From Oscillospiraceae bacterium (lineage in GTDB: Bacteria; Bacillota; Clostridia; Oscillospirales; Oscillospiraceae), in NCBI GenBank assembly GCA_050944055.1, contig JBMNQI010000001.1, forward strand, positions 14,328-78,327: a DNA stretch of 64,000 bases. The letters run 5' to 3'. Numbering within the stretch: the stretch's first letter is position 1; every line of letters starts with the position of its first letter. The position numbers were made by a program, and so were the translations under genes. The notes under the pieces were generated by a model. It had not been told where the DNA came from and ran no database searches. It saw only the letters and a program-made list of their open reading frames with translations. Shown here in pieces: positions 56,576 to 64,000 of this stretch.

Positions 56576-57634
56576 ATGAATGAAAGAATGATAAAACGCT
56601 CGTCGGCGATTGACATCCTGAAAACCATATCCTGCGCGGCGGTCGTATTCATACACTCGGCGTCTACGCCGATGGATACGCTCCCGGTCCTAAGCTTAAA
56701 ATGGTTTTCCAGCACAGTCTGGGGCTGCCTTGTAAGGTTTGCAGTGCCGGTGTTTTTGATGTGCTCCGGCGCCCTGCTCTATGATCCTTCGCGCGAAATA
56801 CCAATAAAAAAGATTTATACCAAGTATTTTCTCCGGACACTTGCCGCGCTGTTTGTCTGGGCGCTCGTATACGACTGGTTTATGACGCTTGGCGCCGCCG
56901 CTCTCGGCGGCGGCTTCGACCCAAACGAGATTTGGCGCGCAGTCGTCCGCGTGCTTAAATTCCGGCACCATTTCCATCTTTATTACCTGCAGATACTTCT
57001 GGTTTTCTACGCATGCCTGCCGATAATCCGCGTATATGTAAAAAACGCGGACAGGAAGACAAGGCTGTATGTGCTGGCCGTGTGGTTCTTACTGGGCGTC
57101 TGCCTTCCTTTTTTCAAGCAGTTTTACCCGCTGAACCAGGTTTACGGCATACCGGCGCAGTACGCCCTGCCCCAAACCTGGGCCGCTATGGGCTACGGGC
57201 TTCTCGGCTGGGAAATGCGCGAAGCGGGCTTTAAAAGGGACAAGCTGCCTCTTTTTATCGCTATGTACTTTCTCGGCTTTGCCGTGGTCTTCGGCGGCAC
57301 GGTCTTGTTTTCCGCGCGTATCGGCAGTCTCGACCAGAGGTTCCTCGAAGGCCTGTCCCCGGGAGTCATGCTTATGGCCGCCGGGCTGTTCGGCTCCGTG
57401 TCGGCCGCTGCGAAAAATGAGTCGCAGCTTGCCGCAAGGCTGGTTGAGCCGACCTTCTGTATATACATCGTTCATCATTTCTTTATTATGATTCTCAGGA
57501 CATTGGGCTTTCCGCCGGCAGGTATGCCGTATGTTTTTTCAATCCCCCTGCTTGTTATTGGCACAGTTCTTTGCAGCCTTGTCGTATGGAAAATTCTTTC
57601 CAGGATACCGATTGTTAAAGACTGGCTTATATAA
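56576..57634 (+). CDS. acyltransferase family 3 integral membrane protein
   Basis: About 10 TM helices with the N-terminal AIDILKTISCAAVVFIH motif typical of Acyl_transf_3. ATG at 56576 follows GGAGG. Confidence 0.75.
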   Translation: MNERMIKRSSAIDILKTISCAAVVFIHSASTPMDTLPVLSLKWFSSTVWGCLVRFAVPVFLMCSGALLYDPSREIPIKKIYTKYFLRTLAALFVWALVYDWFMTLGAAALGGGFDPNEIWRAVVRVLKFRHHFHLYYLQILLVFYACLPIIRVYVKNADRKTRLYVLAVWFLLGVCLPFFKQFYPLNQVYGIPAQYALPQTWAAMGYGLLGWEMREAGFKRDKLPLFIAMYFLGFAVVFGGTVLFSARIGSLDQRFLEGLSPGVMLMAAGLFGSVSAAAKNESQLAARLVEPTFCIYIVHHFFIMILRTLGFPPAGMPYVFSIPLLVIGTVLCSLVVWKILSRIPIVKDWLI

Positions 57635-57640
57635 GCGCAG

Positions 57641-57668
57641 GCGCCGTCTGCTTGGCAGGCGGCGCTTT
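57641..57668 (+). terminator. intrinsic terminator after the acyltransferase gene
   Basis: GCGCCGTCTGC (57641-57651) pairs with GCAGGCGGCGC (57655-57665), followed by TTT. Confidence 0.55.
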
Positions 57669-57728
57669 GGATTTATAACGGGCGCGGCATGTACCGAAAA
57701 CAGGCATATCGATTTAACGGCCGCGGAA

Positions 57729-60326
57729 CTATTTTTTGTGATTTATCAATCCTATGACCTTTGATATCTCAATTACGACCAGCGGGATGAGAATAAGCCC
57801 CAGGACTTCAAGATAACGCTCTCCCGGCAGGATTACTAGCCCGAAAAGTACGCGAAGAGGAGTCAGGCAGACAAGGGCCATTAGCCCAAGCGAGATGAGA
57901 GCCGCTATATTGAGCCTTAAGTTGCTGAAAAAACCGATTTTAAAAAGCGAGCGCTCGGAGCGCATGTTATAGCTCTGGACTATCTGCGAAAGCGCGAGGA
58001 CTATAAAAGCCATTGTCTGGCCCTCGGCTATTACGCCGTCGACTCTCGCCCCGAGCCAGTAGGCGGCAAGCGTGATAGCGGCGAACATGCAGCCCTGAAG
58101 CACTATCCTCAGGCCGAGCCCGTTGGCGAACAGCCCCTCGTCCTTCTTCTTAGGGGCGCGCTTCATAACTGTCGGCTCCACGGCCTCCATGCCGAGGGCC
58201 ACGGCCGGAAGGCTGTCGGTCACAAGGTTTATCCACAAAAGCTGCATTGAAAGCAGCGGCGTAACGTGCCAGATCAGCATGGCTATGAAAACTGTCAGTA
58301 TCTCTCCGGTATTGGTGCTCAGGAGATACGCCACGACCTTTTTAATATTGTCGTAAATGCCGCGGCCCTCGCGCACAGCCTCTACTATCGTTGCGAAGTT
58401 ATCGTCCGTCAAAGTCATGTCGGCGGCTCCCTTGGCTACGTCCGTGCCGGCTATTCCCATAGCGCAGCCTATATCCGCCGCCTTTAGCGCCGGCGCGTCA
58501 TTGACGCCGTCTCCGGTCATGGCTACGATCTCGCCCTGGCGCTGCCAGGCGTGCACGATGCGTATCTTGTCCTCGGGAGAAACACGGGCGTAAACCGAGA
58601 TGCTCCGCACCCTGTCGTTAAGCTCGTCGTCCGTCATGGCGTCGAGCTCACGCCCTGTTACGGCCGCGTCGCCTTCGGATAAAATGCCCAGCTCCCGGGC
58701 GATCGCCGAAGCCGTCGCCACATGGTCGCCTGTTATCATTACGGGCTTGATTCCCGCCTCGCGGCAGAGCGATACGGCCTCACGCGCCTCCCGCCTCGGC
58801 GGGTCTATCATGCCGACAAGGCCAATGAGCGTAAGACCGTTTTCTATTTCATCGCTAATAAGTTCGGAGGGGATTTCGTCGATGCTTTTTATTCCGACGG
58901 CCAGAACGCGAAGGGCCTGAGAGGAGAATTCATCGTTTATCCTGCCCGCATCGGAAAGGGTCCCGGTTTCGGAACAGCGCTCCGAGAGCACGTCAAAAGC
59001 GCCTTTCACAATTACGAGCCTGCGGCCGTTTACGGGACAGATTACCGACATCAGCTTGCGGTCGGAATCGAACGGGATTTCACAGAGCCGGTTTTTGCGG
59101 CCGTCGCCGTCATAGACGCCGGCTCTCTGCGCCGCATATACGATAGCGGTTTCAGTGGGGTCTCCAATGTGCTTTATCTCGCCGTTTTCATTGACTACTG
59201 TCGCATCGCAGCAGAGCGAGGCAAGATACAGAAGCTCCCTCGCGCGTTCCGATAATTCGCCCCCGGCGTCTTCGGCATGGCCGGCAACTGTCCAGAGCTT
59301 AGTAAGCGTCATGCGGTTCTGCGTCAGCGTGCCTGTCTTGTCTGAGCATATCACAGAGGCCGAACCGAGAGTCTCGACAGCTGTCAGCCTCCTGATTATC
59401 GCGTTTTGCTTTACCATGCGCTGAACGCCTATCGAAAGCACTATGGTTATAATCGCGGGCAGACCCTCGGGGATAGCGGAGACGGCCAGCGCCACCGCGG
59501 TCATGAATATTTCTATTACGGGTATGCCGTTTAACAGGCCGATTACGAAAATGACGGCGCAGGCGGCGAGGGCTATTATGCCGAGGAACTTCCCGAGCCT
59601 GGAGAGCTTATGCTGCAGCGGCGTCTGCGTATCCTGGGCCGTTTCGAGCATATCCGCTATCCTGCCCATTTCGGTATTCATTCCGGTATTTGTGACAATT
59701 GCGGTTCCGCGCCCGTATGTGACTGAGCAGCCTGAATAGACCATATTAAGGCGGTCTCCCAGAGGCGCGTCCTCCGGCACTTCGGCCCTTGCGTCCTTTT
59801 CCACGGGGACTGATTCGCCGGTAAGCGCGCTTTCCTCGCAGCGCAGCGAGCCGGAGAAGATAAGCCGCCCGTCGGCGGGTATGAAGTCTCCGGCCTCCAG
59901 CTTAATAATATCGCCGGGAACCAGAAGCCTTGCCTCGATAACCTGCTCCCTGCCGCCCCTGATAACGCGGGCATAGGGCGCGGCCAGCTTTTTAAGAGCT
60001 GACAGGGCTTTTTCGGCCCGGTTTTCCTGAATTACACCCATAAACGCGTTTAGCAGGACGATGGCTACTATGAGCAGCGGCTCAAAAAACTCGCTCGGCT
60101 CATTACCGGTCAGGGCGATGAAAAAGGAAATTGCCGCCGCCGCCAGCAGTATGAGTATCATCACATCCTTAAACTGATCGAAAAACTTGCTGAGAAAGGA
60201 TTTCGATTTGGGTTCCCTCAGCTTGTTCTCCCCGTGCTTATTAAGCCTTTCGGCGGCCTGCGCGTCCGTCAGACCGTTTGTAAGGCTGCTGCCGAGTTTT
60301 TCGGCGAGGCCTGTTAGCTCCTGCAT
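57729..60326 (-). CDS. P-type (P2) calcium-translocating ATPase
   Basis: Motifs CSDKTGTLT, TGDGVNDAPALK, PEGLPAIITIVL and an N-terminal cation-ATPase domain. The start is preferred at the second Met (60326, GGAG RBS) over 60362. Confidence 0.9.
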   Translation of the reverse strand: MQELTGLAEKLGSSLTNGLTDAQAAERLNKHGENKLREPKSKSFLSKFFDQFKDVMILILLAAAAISFFIALTGNEPSEFFEPLLIVAIVLLNAFMGVIQENRAEKALSALKKLAAPYARVIRGGREQVIEARLLVPGDIIKLEAGDFIPADGRLIFSGSLRCEESALTGESVPVEKDARAEVPEDAPLGDRLNMVYSGCSVTYGRGTAIVTNTGMNTEMGRIADMLETAQDTQTPLQHKLSRLGKFLGIIALAACAVIFVIGLLNGIPVIEIFMTAVALAVSAIPEGLPAIITIVLSIGVQRMVKQNAIIRRLTAVETLGSASVICSDKTGTLTQNRMTLTKLWTVAGHAEDAGGELSERARELLYLASLCCDATVVNENGEIKHIGDPTETAIVYAAQRAGVYDGDGRKNRLCEIPFDSDRKLMSVICPVNGRRLVIVKGAFDVLSERCSETGTLSDAGRINDEFSSQALRVLAVGIKSIDEIPSELISDEIENGLTLIGLVGMIDPPRREAREAVSLCREAGIKPVMITGDHVATASAIARELGILSEGDAAVTGRELDAMTDDELNDRVRSISVYARVSPEDKIRIVHAWQRQGEIVAMTGDGVNDAPALKAADIGCAMGIAGTDVAKGAADMTLTDDNFATIVEAVREGRGIYDNIKKVVAYLLSTNTGEILTVFIAMLIWHVTPLLSMQLLWINLVTDSLPAVALGMEAVEPTVMKRAPKKKDEGLFANGLGLRIVLQGCMFAAITLAAYWLGARVDGVIAEGQTMAFIVLALSQIVQSYNMRSERSLFKIGFFSNLRLNIAALISLGLMALVCLTPLRVLFGLVILPGERYLEVLGLILIPLVVIEISKVIGLINHKK

Positions 60327-60739
60327 CTGTTCAGCTCCATTCGTAGAATATCGTTCCCGCATTGTCAGAAAAGAGGGCCAAACTCCCGCGGGATTTTTAA
60401 CTGCGTCTGCAAAACCGCTATGGCATACTTGATTTTTCCCTTTTTTCGCGGTTTAAACTGCTTATGCGCCAATGTACGTCTCCTGAACGCTGTTGCTGTC
60501 ATATGGCGAAATATAAAAGACTCATATACAAAGGACGGGTTATCCCTGTATACGAGTCTCATTCTTTACAGATAAGCCGGGCAAACGCCGTACTGACGAC
60601 TTACCACGCACATGGTGCGGAATTACTCCCTCAGCTACTGGTAATATTAATACATCTTCCCAATAATTGCAAGTGTGGAATTGAGAATTATTATAAAACA
60701 GCCGTAATTTTGATTTTGCAGGATTTACAGGATTCTTTC

Positions 60740-60768
60740 TTTACATCCATTTTATTTTATTCTATAAT
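60740..60768 (+). promoter_or_regulatory. candidate sigma-A promoter of cdaA-cdaR
   Basis: TTTACA (60740-60745), 17-nt spacer, TATAAT (60763-60768), about 45 nt upstream of the cdaA ATG. Confidence 0.5.
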
Positions 60769-60814
60769 TATTATAATGTATGTTTTTTTGCGGTACGGGA
60801 GAGGAACAGGCCGG

Positions 60815-61705
60815 ATGGATATCATCGCCAGCTATTTGAAAAATATATTTGAGACGATTTCAAAGTACTCTCAGACTATCAGAGTGACGGATGTTATTGA
60901 CGTTGCTGTCGTCGCGTTTTTATGCTATAAGCTGCTCAGGCTTATACGGCGCACAAACACCGGCAGGGTAATCAGGGCTGTTCTTTTATTCCTCGCCATA
61001 ATCATTCTCTCAAGCTTCTTTAAGCTTAACGTCGTCAGTTTTCTTATGGGGCGCATACTGGAGGTAGGCCTTCTCGCACTCGTAATAGTATTCCAGCCCG
61101 AGCTTCGCCGCCTTCTTGAGCAGGTCGGAAGCAGCAGTATTTCGGGTATTTTTCGGCTGGATAATTCCCCGCAGGCTCTGGACGCCGCGATCACGCAGGC
61201 TGTAATTGCGGCGGCGGAGCTCTCCAAGGCCAGGGAGGGCGCGCTTCTTGTCTTTGAGCGCAGGATAAAGCTCGACGACATTATAAAAACGGGCACGGTG
61301 ATTGAATCGGAAGTCAGCAGCGAGCTGCTGAGGAATATTTTTTATCCGAAGGCGCCTTTGCACGACGGAGCCGCCATAATTCGAAACGCCCGCATCGCCG
61401 CCGCAGGCTGCGTGCTGCCTTTGTCGGGCAACGCCAACCTCAGCCGCGACCTTGGCATGCGGCACAGGGCGGGCATAGGCATATCCGAGCATTCAGACGC
61501 CGTCGCGGTAATTGTCTCGGAGGAGACGGGCGCCATTTCAGTCGCCGTCGGCGGGATGCTGAAACGCCGCCTGACCCCGGATACGCTGGAGCGGCTTTTG
61601 TACAATGAGCTCCATACGGAGAATACGGACGAAGCCGCAAAAAAAGGATTAGGGCTTGCGAATATTTTTAGGGTGAAAAAGAATGATAAAAAAGAAGGCA
61701 AATAA
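60815..61705 (+). CDS. cdaA: diadenylate cyclase CdaA (membrane-anchored DAC domain)
   Basis: Three N-terminal TM helices and DAC motifs DGAAIIRN and RHRAGIGISE. ATG at 60815 follows GGGAGAGGA; the upstream 117 codons of the track ORF are AT-rich promoter region. Confidence 0.9.
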   Translation: MDIIASYLKNIFETISKYSQTIRVTDVIDVAVVAFLCYKLLRLIRRTNTGRVIRAVLLFLAIIILSSFFKLNVVSFLMGRILEVGLLALVIVFQPELRRLLEQVGSSSISGIFRLDNSPQALDAAITQAVIAAAELSKAREGALLVFERRIKLDDIIKTGTVIESEVSSELLRNIFYPKAPLHDGAAIIRNARIAAAGCVLPLSGNANLSRDLGMRHRAGIGISEHSDAVAVIVSEETGAISVAVGGMLKRRLTPDTLERLLYNELHTENTDEAAKKGLGLANIFRVKKNDKKEGK

Positions 61706-62960
61706 AATATTCGGCAGCAGGGTGGCGTATATCGTTCTGTCCGTTGTAATAGCGATCAGCCTTTGGTTTTACGTCGTAGGCACGGTTAACCCCGAAATTG
61801 ACCAGACAATTTCCAGCATACCGGTCACTTTTGTCGGCGAGGACGAAATACTGGCCGACCGCGGCCTGATGCTGACCCAGGGGAAGGACACGACCGTGAG
61901 CCTGCGAGTACGCTGCACGCGCAGCGTTCTCGCGAAGCTTGACAGAAAGTCGATTTTGCTTTCCATCGACCTTACAGGCTTCAATTCAGTCGGAGAATAC
62001 ACGCGCACATATACAATTACCTACCCGACCGGGATCTCGGCCAGCGACGTCAAGGTGCTGTCGAAAACCCCGGCCCAGGTGAAATTTACAATCGCGAAGC
62101 AGGATTCAAAGAGCGTCCGCCTGGTCGGCAAACTAGACGGTACCGTGGCTGAGGGCTACCTTGCTAAAGACTTTGAGTTTTCCCAGCCCGAAATCACTAT
62201 AAGAGGGCCCGAGGAAGTAATAAGCAAGGTCGACCATGCGGTTGTCACGATCACGCGCGAGAATGTAGACAAAACTATTGAAACGACGTCGGGCTATACG
62301 CTTGTGGATAACAAAGGCAATGAAATAGATACGGACGGCATCATACTCGAAACTGAGGAAGTCGAAGTCAGGCTGCCGATACTCCAGCAGAAGGAGATAT
62401 ACCTCACCGTCGAGCTCAGGGACGGCGGAGGGGCGACGGCCGCCGACGCGGACGTTGCCATTTCGCCCCGCTCAATAATAATAGCGGGCGATCCGGAGAC
62501 GCTGAAAACCTATAATAACGTGACTCTTGGAGCGTTTGACCTCGCGGAGATAACCGGCGCTGTGACGGAGACAATGCCCATAGTTCTGATGAACGGGGTG
62601 GAGAACATAAGCGGCGAGACGGAGGCGACGGTAACCGTTTCGCTTGAGAGCCTTGAGACAAGGACATTCAACGTGACACAGTTCGCTTTCAAGAACGTGC
62701 CTCAGGGCTTCTCGGCTACAGCGGTGAACGACGTTCTGAAGGTCAGGGTCCGGGGAAAGAGAGATACTGTGGGGCTTCTTCTCGATTCGAACTTTACCGG
62801 CGTTATAGACCTCGCCGGAAATAACACAATCGGCATGGTGGAGGTGCCGGTAACGGTCGAGATACAGACAATGACGGACGCCGGAATTGTCGGAAAATAC
62901 AGCATGTTCGTCAATATTCAGAAAGCGGAGGAGACGACGCAGGTAGTTTTTGCGCCTTAG
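61683..62960 (+). CDS. cdaR: CdaA regulatory protein CdaR (YbbR-domain repeats)
   Basis: N-terminal TM helix plus repeated YbbR-like beta domains. The start overlaps the cdaA end, as in other Firmicutes. Confidence 0.85.
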   Translation: MIKKKANKIFGSRVAYIVLSVVIAISLWFYVVGTVNPEIDQTISSIPVTFVGEDEILADRGLMLTQGKDTTVSLRVRCTRSVLAKLDRKSILLSIDLTGFNSVGEYTRTYTITYPTGISASDVKVLSKTPAQVKFTIAKQDSKSVRLVGKLDGTVAEGYLAKDFEFSQPEITIRGPEEVISKVDHAVVTITRENVDKTIETTSGYTLVDNKGNEIDTDGIILETEEVEVRLPILQQKEIYLTVELRDGGGATAADADVAISPRSIIIAGDPETLKTYNNVTLGAFDLAEITGAVTETMPIVLMNGVENISGETEATVTVSLESLETRTFNVTQFAFKNVPQGFSATAVNDVLKVRVRGKRDTVGLLLDSNFTGVIDLAGNNTIGMVEVPVTVEIQTMTDAGIVGKYSMFVNIQKAEETTQVVFAP

Positions 62961-62968
62961 GAGGGAGC

Positions 62969-63385
62969 ATGACTCAGATAGCAACCGTAACTGAAGTACT
63001 GGATAACGGCAGGGCGCTGCTTGCCGTTCGCCGCGAGGGCGCGTGCGGCCATAAATGCGCTTCATGCTCGGTAGACTGCGGCGCTGTCGGCGGCGTTATA
63101 TCCGTCGAAGCGAAAAACACGGTCAACGCCCGCAAGGGCGAAAGGGTGGTGGTCTACAGCAGCACTAAGAAGCTGCTCGGCGCCGCCCTTTTGGTATATC
63201 TTGTGCCTGTGGTTCTTTTTATTGCCGCCGCAGCTCTATGCACAGGATACGGGCTGAGCGCGGGCGTTTCGTCGCTTATTTCTGTCGCCGCTTTCCTTTT
63301 GGGGGTAATAATTGCGGTGATTTACGGGAAAAGGGAGAGGAATTCGAGGAAAATCACTTACGAGATAATAGAAATCCTGGATTGA
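62969..63385 (+). CDS. RseC/MucC (SoxR-reducing system) family protein
   Basis: N-terminal Cys cluster (ACGHKCASCSVDCG) followed by two TM helices. Length is 138 aa. Confidence 0.7.
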   Translation: MTQIATVTEVLDNGRALLAVRREGACGHKCASCSVDCGAVGGVISVEAKNTVNARKGERVVVYSSTKKLLGAALLVYLVPVVLFIAAAALCTGYGLSAGVSSLISVAAFLLGVIIAVIYGKRERNSRKITYEIIEILD

Positions 63386-63436
63386 ACTTGAAATGTTCAT
63401 AATTTTTATAGTAATATATAAAGATAGGTTTAATAA

Positions 63437-64000
63437 ATGTTTGGCTATGTCCGACCGCTAAAGTGCGAATTAAAGCTTCGCCAGTTTGAGGAATTCAAGG
63501 CCGAATACTGCGGGCTGTGCCATGAGCTGCGCCGCAGGTACGGCCATATCGCCGCGTTTTTCCTCAACTATGATCTTACGGTGCTCAGCATGCTGCTGGC
63601 GACCGGGCCGACGCGGACAGAGGAATGCCGCTGTTACGCCTCGCCTTTTCACAGAAAAAAAGTGTGCGCCGCATCCGGCAATCTCAGCGAAGCGGCGGCG
63701 CTCGGCGTAATTCTGTCTTACAGGAAGCTTCGGGACAGCGCACAGGACGAGGGCTTTTTTAAATCGCTGTTTGCCCGTATTCTGTCGCTTCTTCTCCGCC
63801 GCGCGTATAAAAAAGCCGCGCGTGAACGCCCGGAGTTTGACAAGGAGGTCAGCGAAAGGCTCGGGGAGCTGGACTGCCTTGAAAAAAGCGGCTGCGAAAG
63901 CCTCGACATGGCGGCCGACTGTTTTGCCGGCATACTTAAAGCGGCCGCCGCGGGGCATGCGCAGGAAAGAACGCTCGGGGAGCTTTTATATCACCTCGGC
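63437..64000 (+). CDS. DUF5685-like hypothetical protein, 3' end beyond the window (not in the ORF track)
   Basis: My own translation from ATG 63437 gives MFGYVRPLKCELKLRQFEEFKAEYCGLCHELRRRYGHIAAFFLNYDLTVLSMLL... and stays open to base 64000. The track's minus-strand ORF 63470..63958 is its shadow. Confidence 0.6.
   Translation, partial: MFGYVRPLKCELKLRQFEEFKAEYCGLCHELRRRYGHIAAFFLNYDLTVLSMLLATGPTRTEECRCYASPFHRKKVCAASGNLSEAAALGVILSYRKLRDSAQDEGFFKSLFARILSLLLRRAYKKAARERPEFDKEVSERLGELDCLEKSGCESLDMAADCFAGILKAAAAGHAQERTLGELLYHLG

Noticed and set aside
60464-60814. N-terminal 117-codon extension of cdaA in the ORF track
   Set aside because: The extension runs through AT-rich promoter-like sequence (TTTACA-17-TATAAT) and has no RBS. 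Canonical CdaA begins at MDIIASYL (60815), which has a good RBS.
63470-63958. 162-aa minus-strand ORF near the window end
   Set aside because: The plus strand carries an open frame from ATG 63437 with a DUF5685-like N-terminus (MFGYVRPLKCELK...YCGLC). The minus ORF is its Arg/Ala-rich shadow.
1-64000. CRISPR arrays, tRNA/rRNA genes, IS elements, integrases, prophage or toxin-antitoxin modules
   Set aside because: Scanning the intergenic regions and the ORF list by eye found no spaced direct repeats, no tRNA T-arm-like motifs in gaps, and no transposase, recombinase or phage-like proteins. A tRNAscan, Infernal or ISfinder run would be needed for certainty.

Overview
This is a high-GC (roughly 58-60% by eye), densely coding chromosomal segment. 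It most likely comes from a spore-forming Clostridia-class Firmicute, given the spoIIAA-spoIIAB-sigF operon, the fabK-type FAS II cluster and an SLH-anchored surface protein. Almost everything is core housekeeping. In order: valS (5' truncated) and folC; spoIIA operon; a membrane-anchored beta-propeller protein; a MATE exporter; trmB. Next, a TetR regulator sits divergent from a FAS II/ACC operon (acpP-fabK-fabD-fabG-fabF-accB-fabZ-accC-accD-accA, then a thioesterase and an acyl-CoA synthetase). A six-gene minus-strand polyamine operon follows (speD, decarboxylase, speE, speB, carboxyspermidine dehydrogenase, carboxyspermidine decarboxylase). Then come the conserved rimP-nusA-ylxR-ylxQ-infB-rbfA-nrnA-truB-ribF block, tagA-like, tmk, DJ-1, mltG, alaS, HIT, comEC, holA and rnmV. 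The remainder is a glycyl-radical-enzyme homolog, a PrsA-like foldase, a 1517-aa SLH surface protein, a BKACE-family enzyme, an acyltransferase, a P-type Ca2+-ATPase, cdaA-cdaR, an RseC-like protein and a 3'-truncated DUF5685-like ORF that the ORF track does not list. I saw no rRNA, tRNA, CRISPR array, transposase, integrase or phage genes. Five items deserve a second look. (1) A roughly 390-nt structured leader with its own promoter and an intrinsic terminator lies upstream of the polyamine operon; it matches no riboswitch class I can recognise. (2) That operon combines the SAM-dependent and the aspartate-semialdehyde-dependent aminopropyl routes. (3) The glycyl-radical-enzyme homolog has Thr in place of the radical glycine and no adjacent activase. 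(4) A perfect 41-bp palindrome overlaps the acpP promoter next to the TetR gene. (5) An unannotated 37-aa Cys-rich membrane peptide gene lies on the minus strand. Many long antisense ORFs in the track are GC-driven shadow frames and were rejected.
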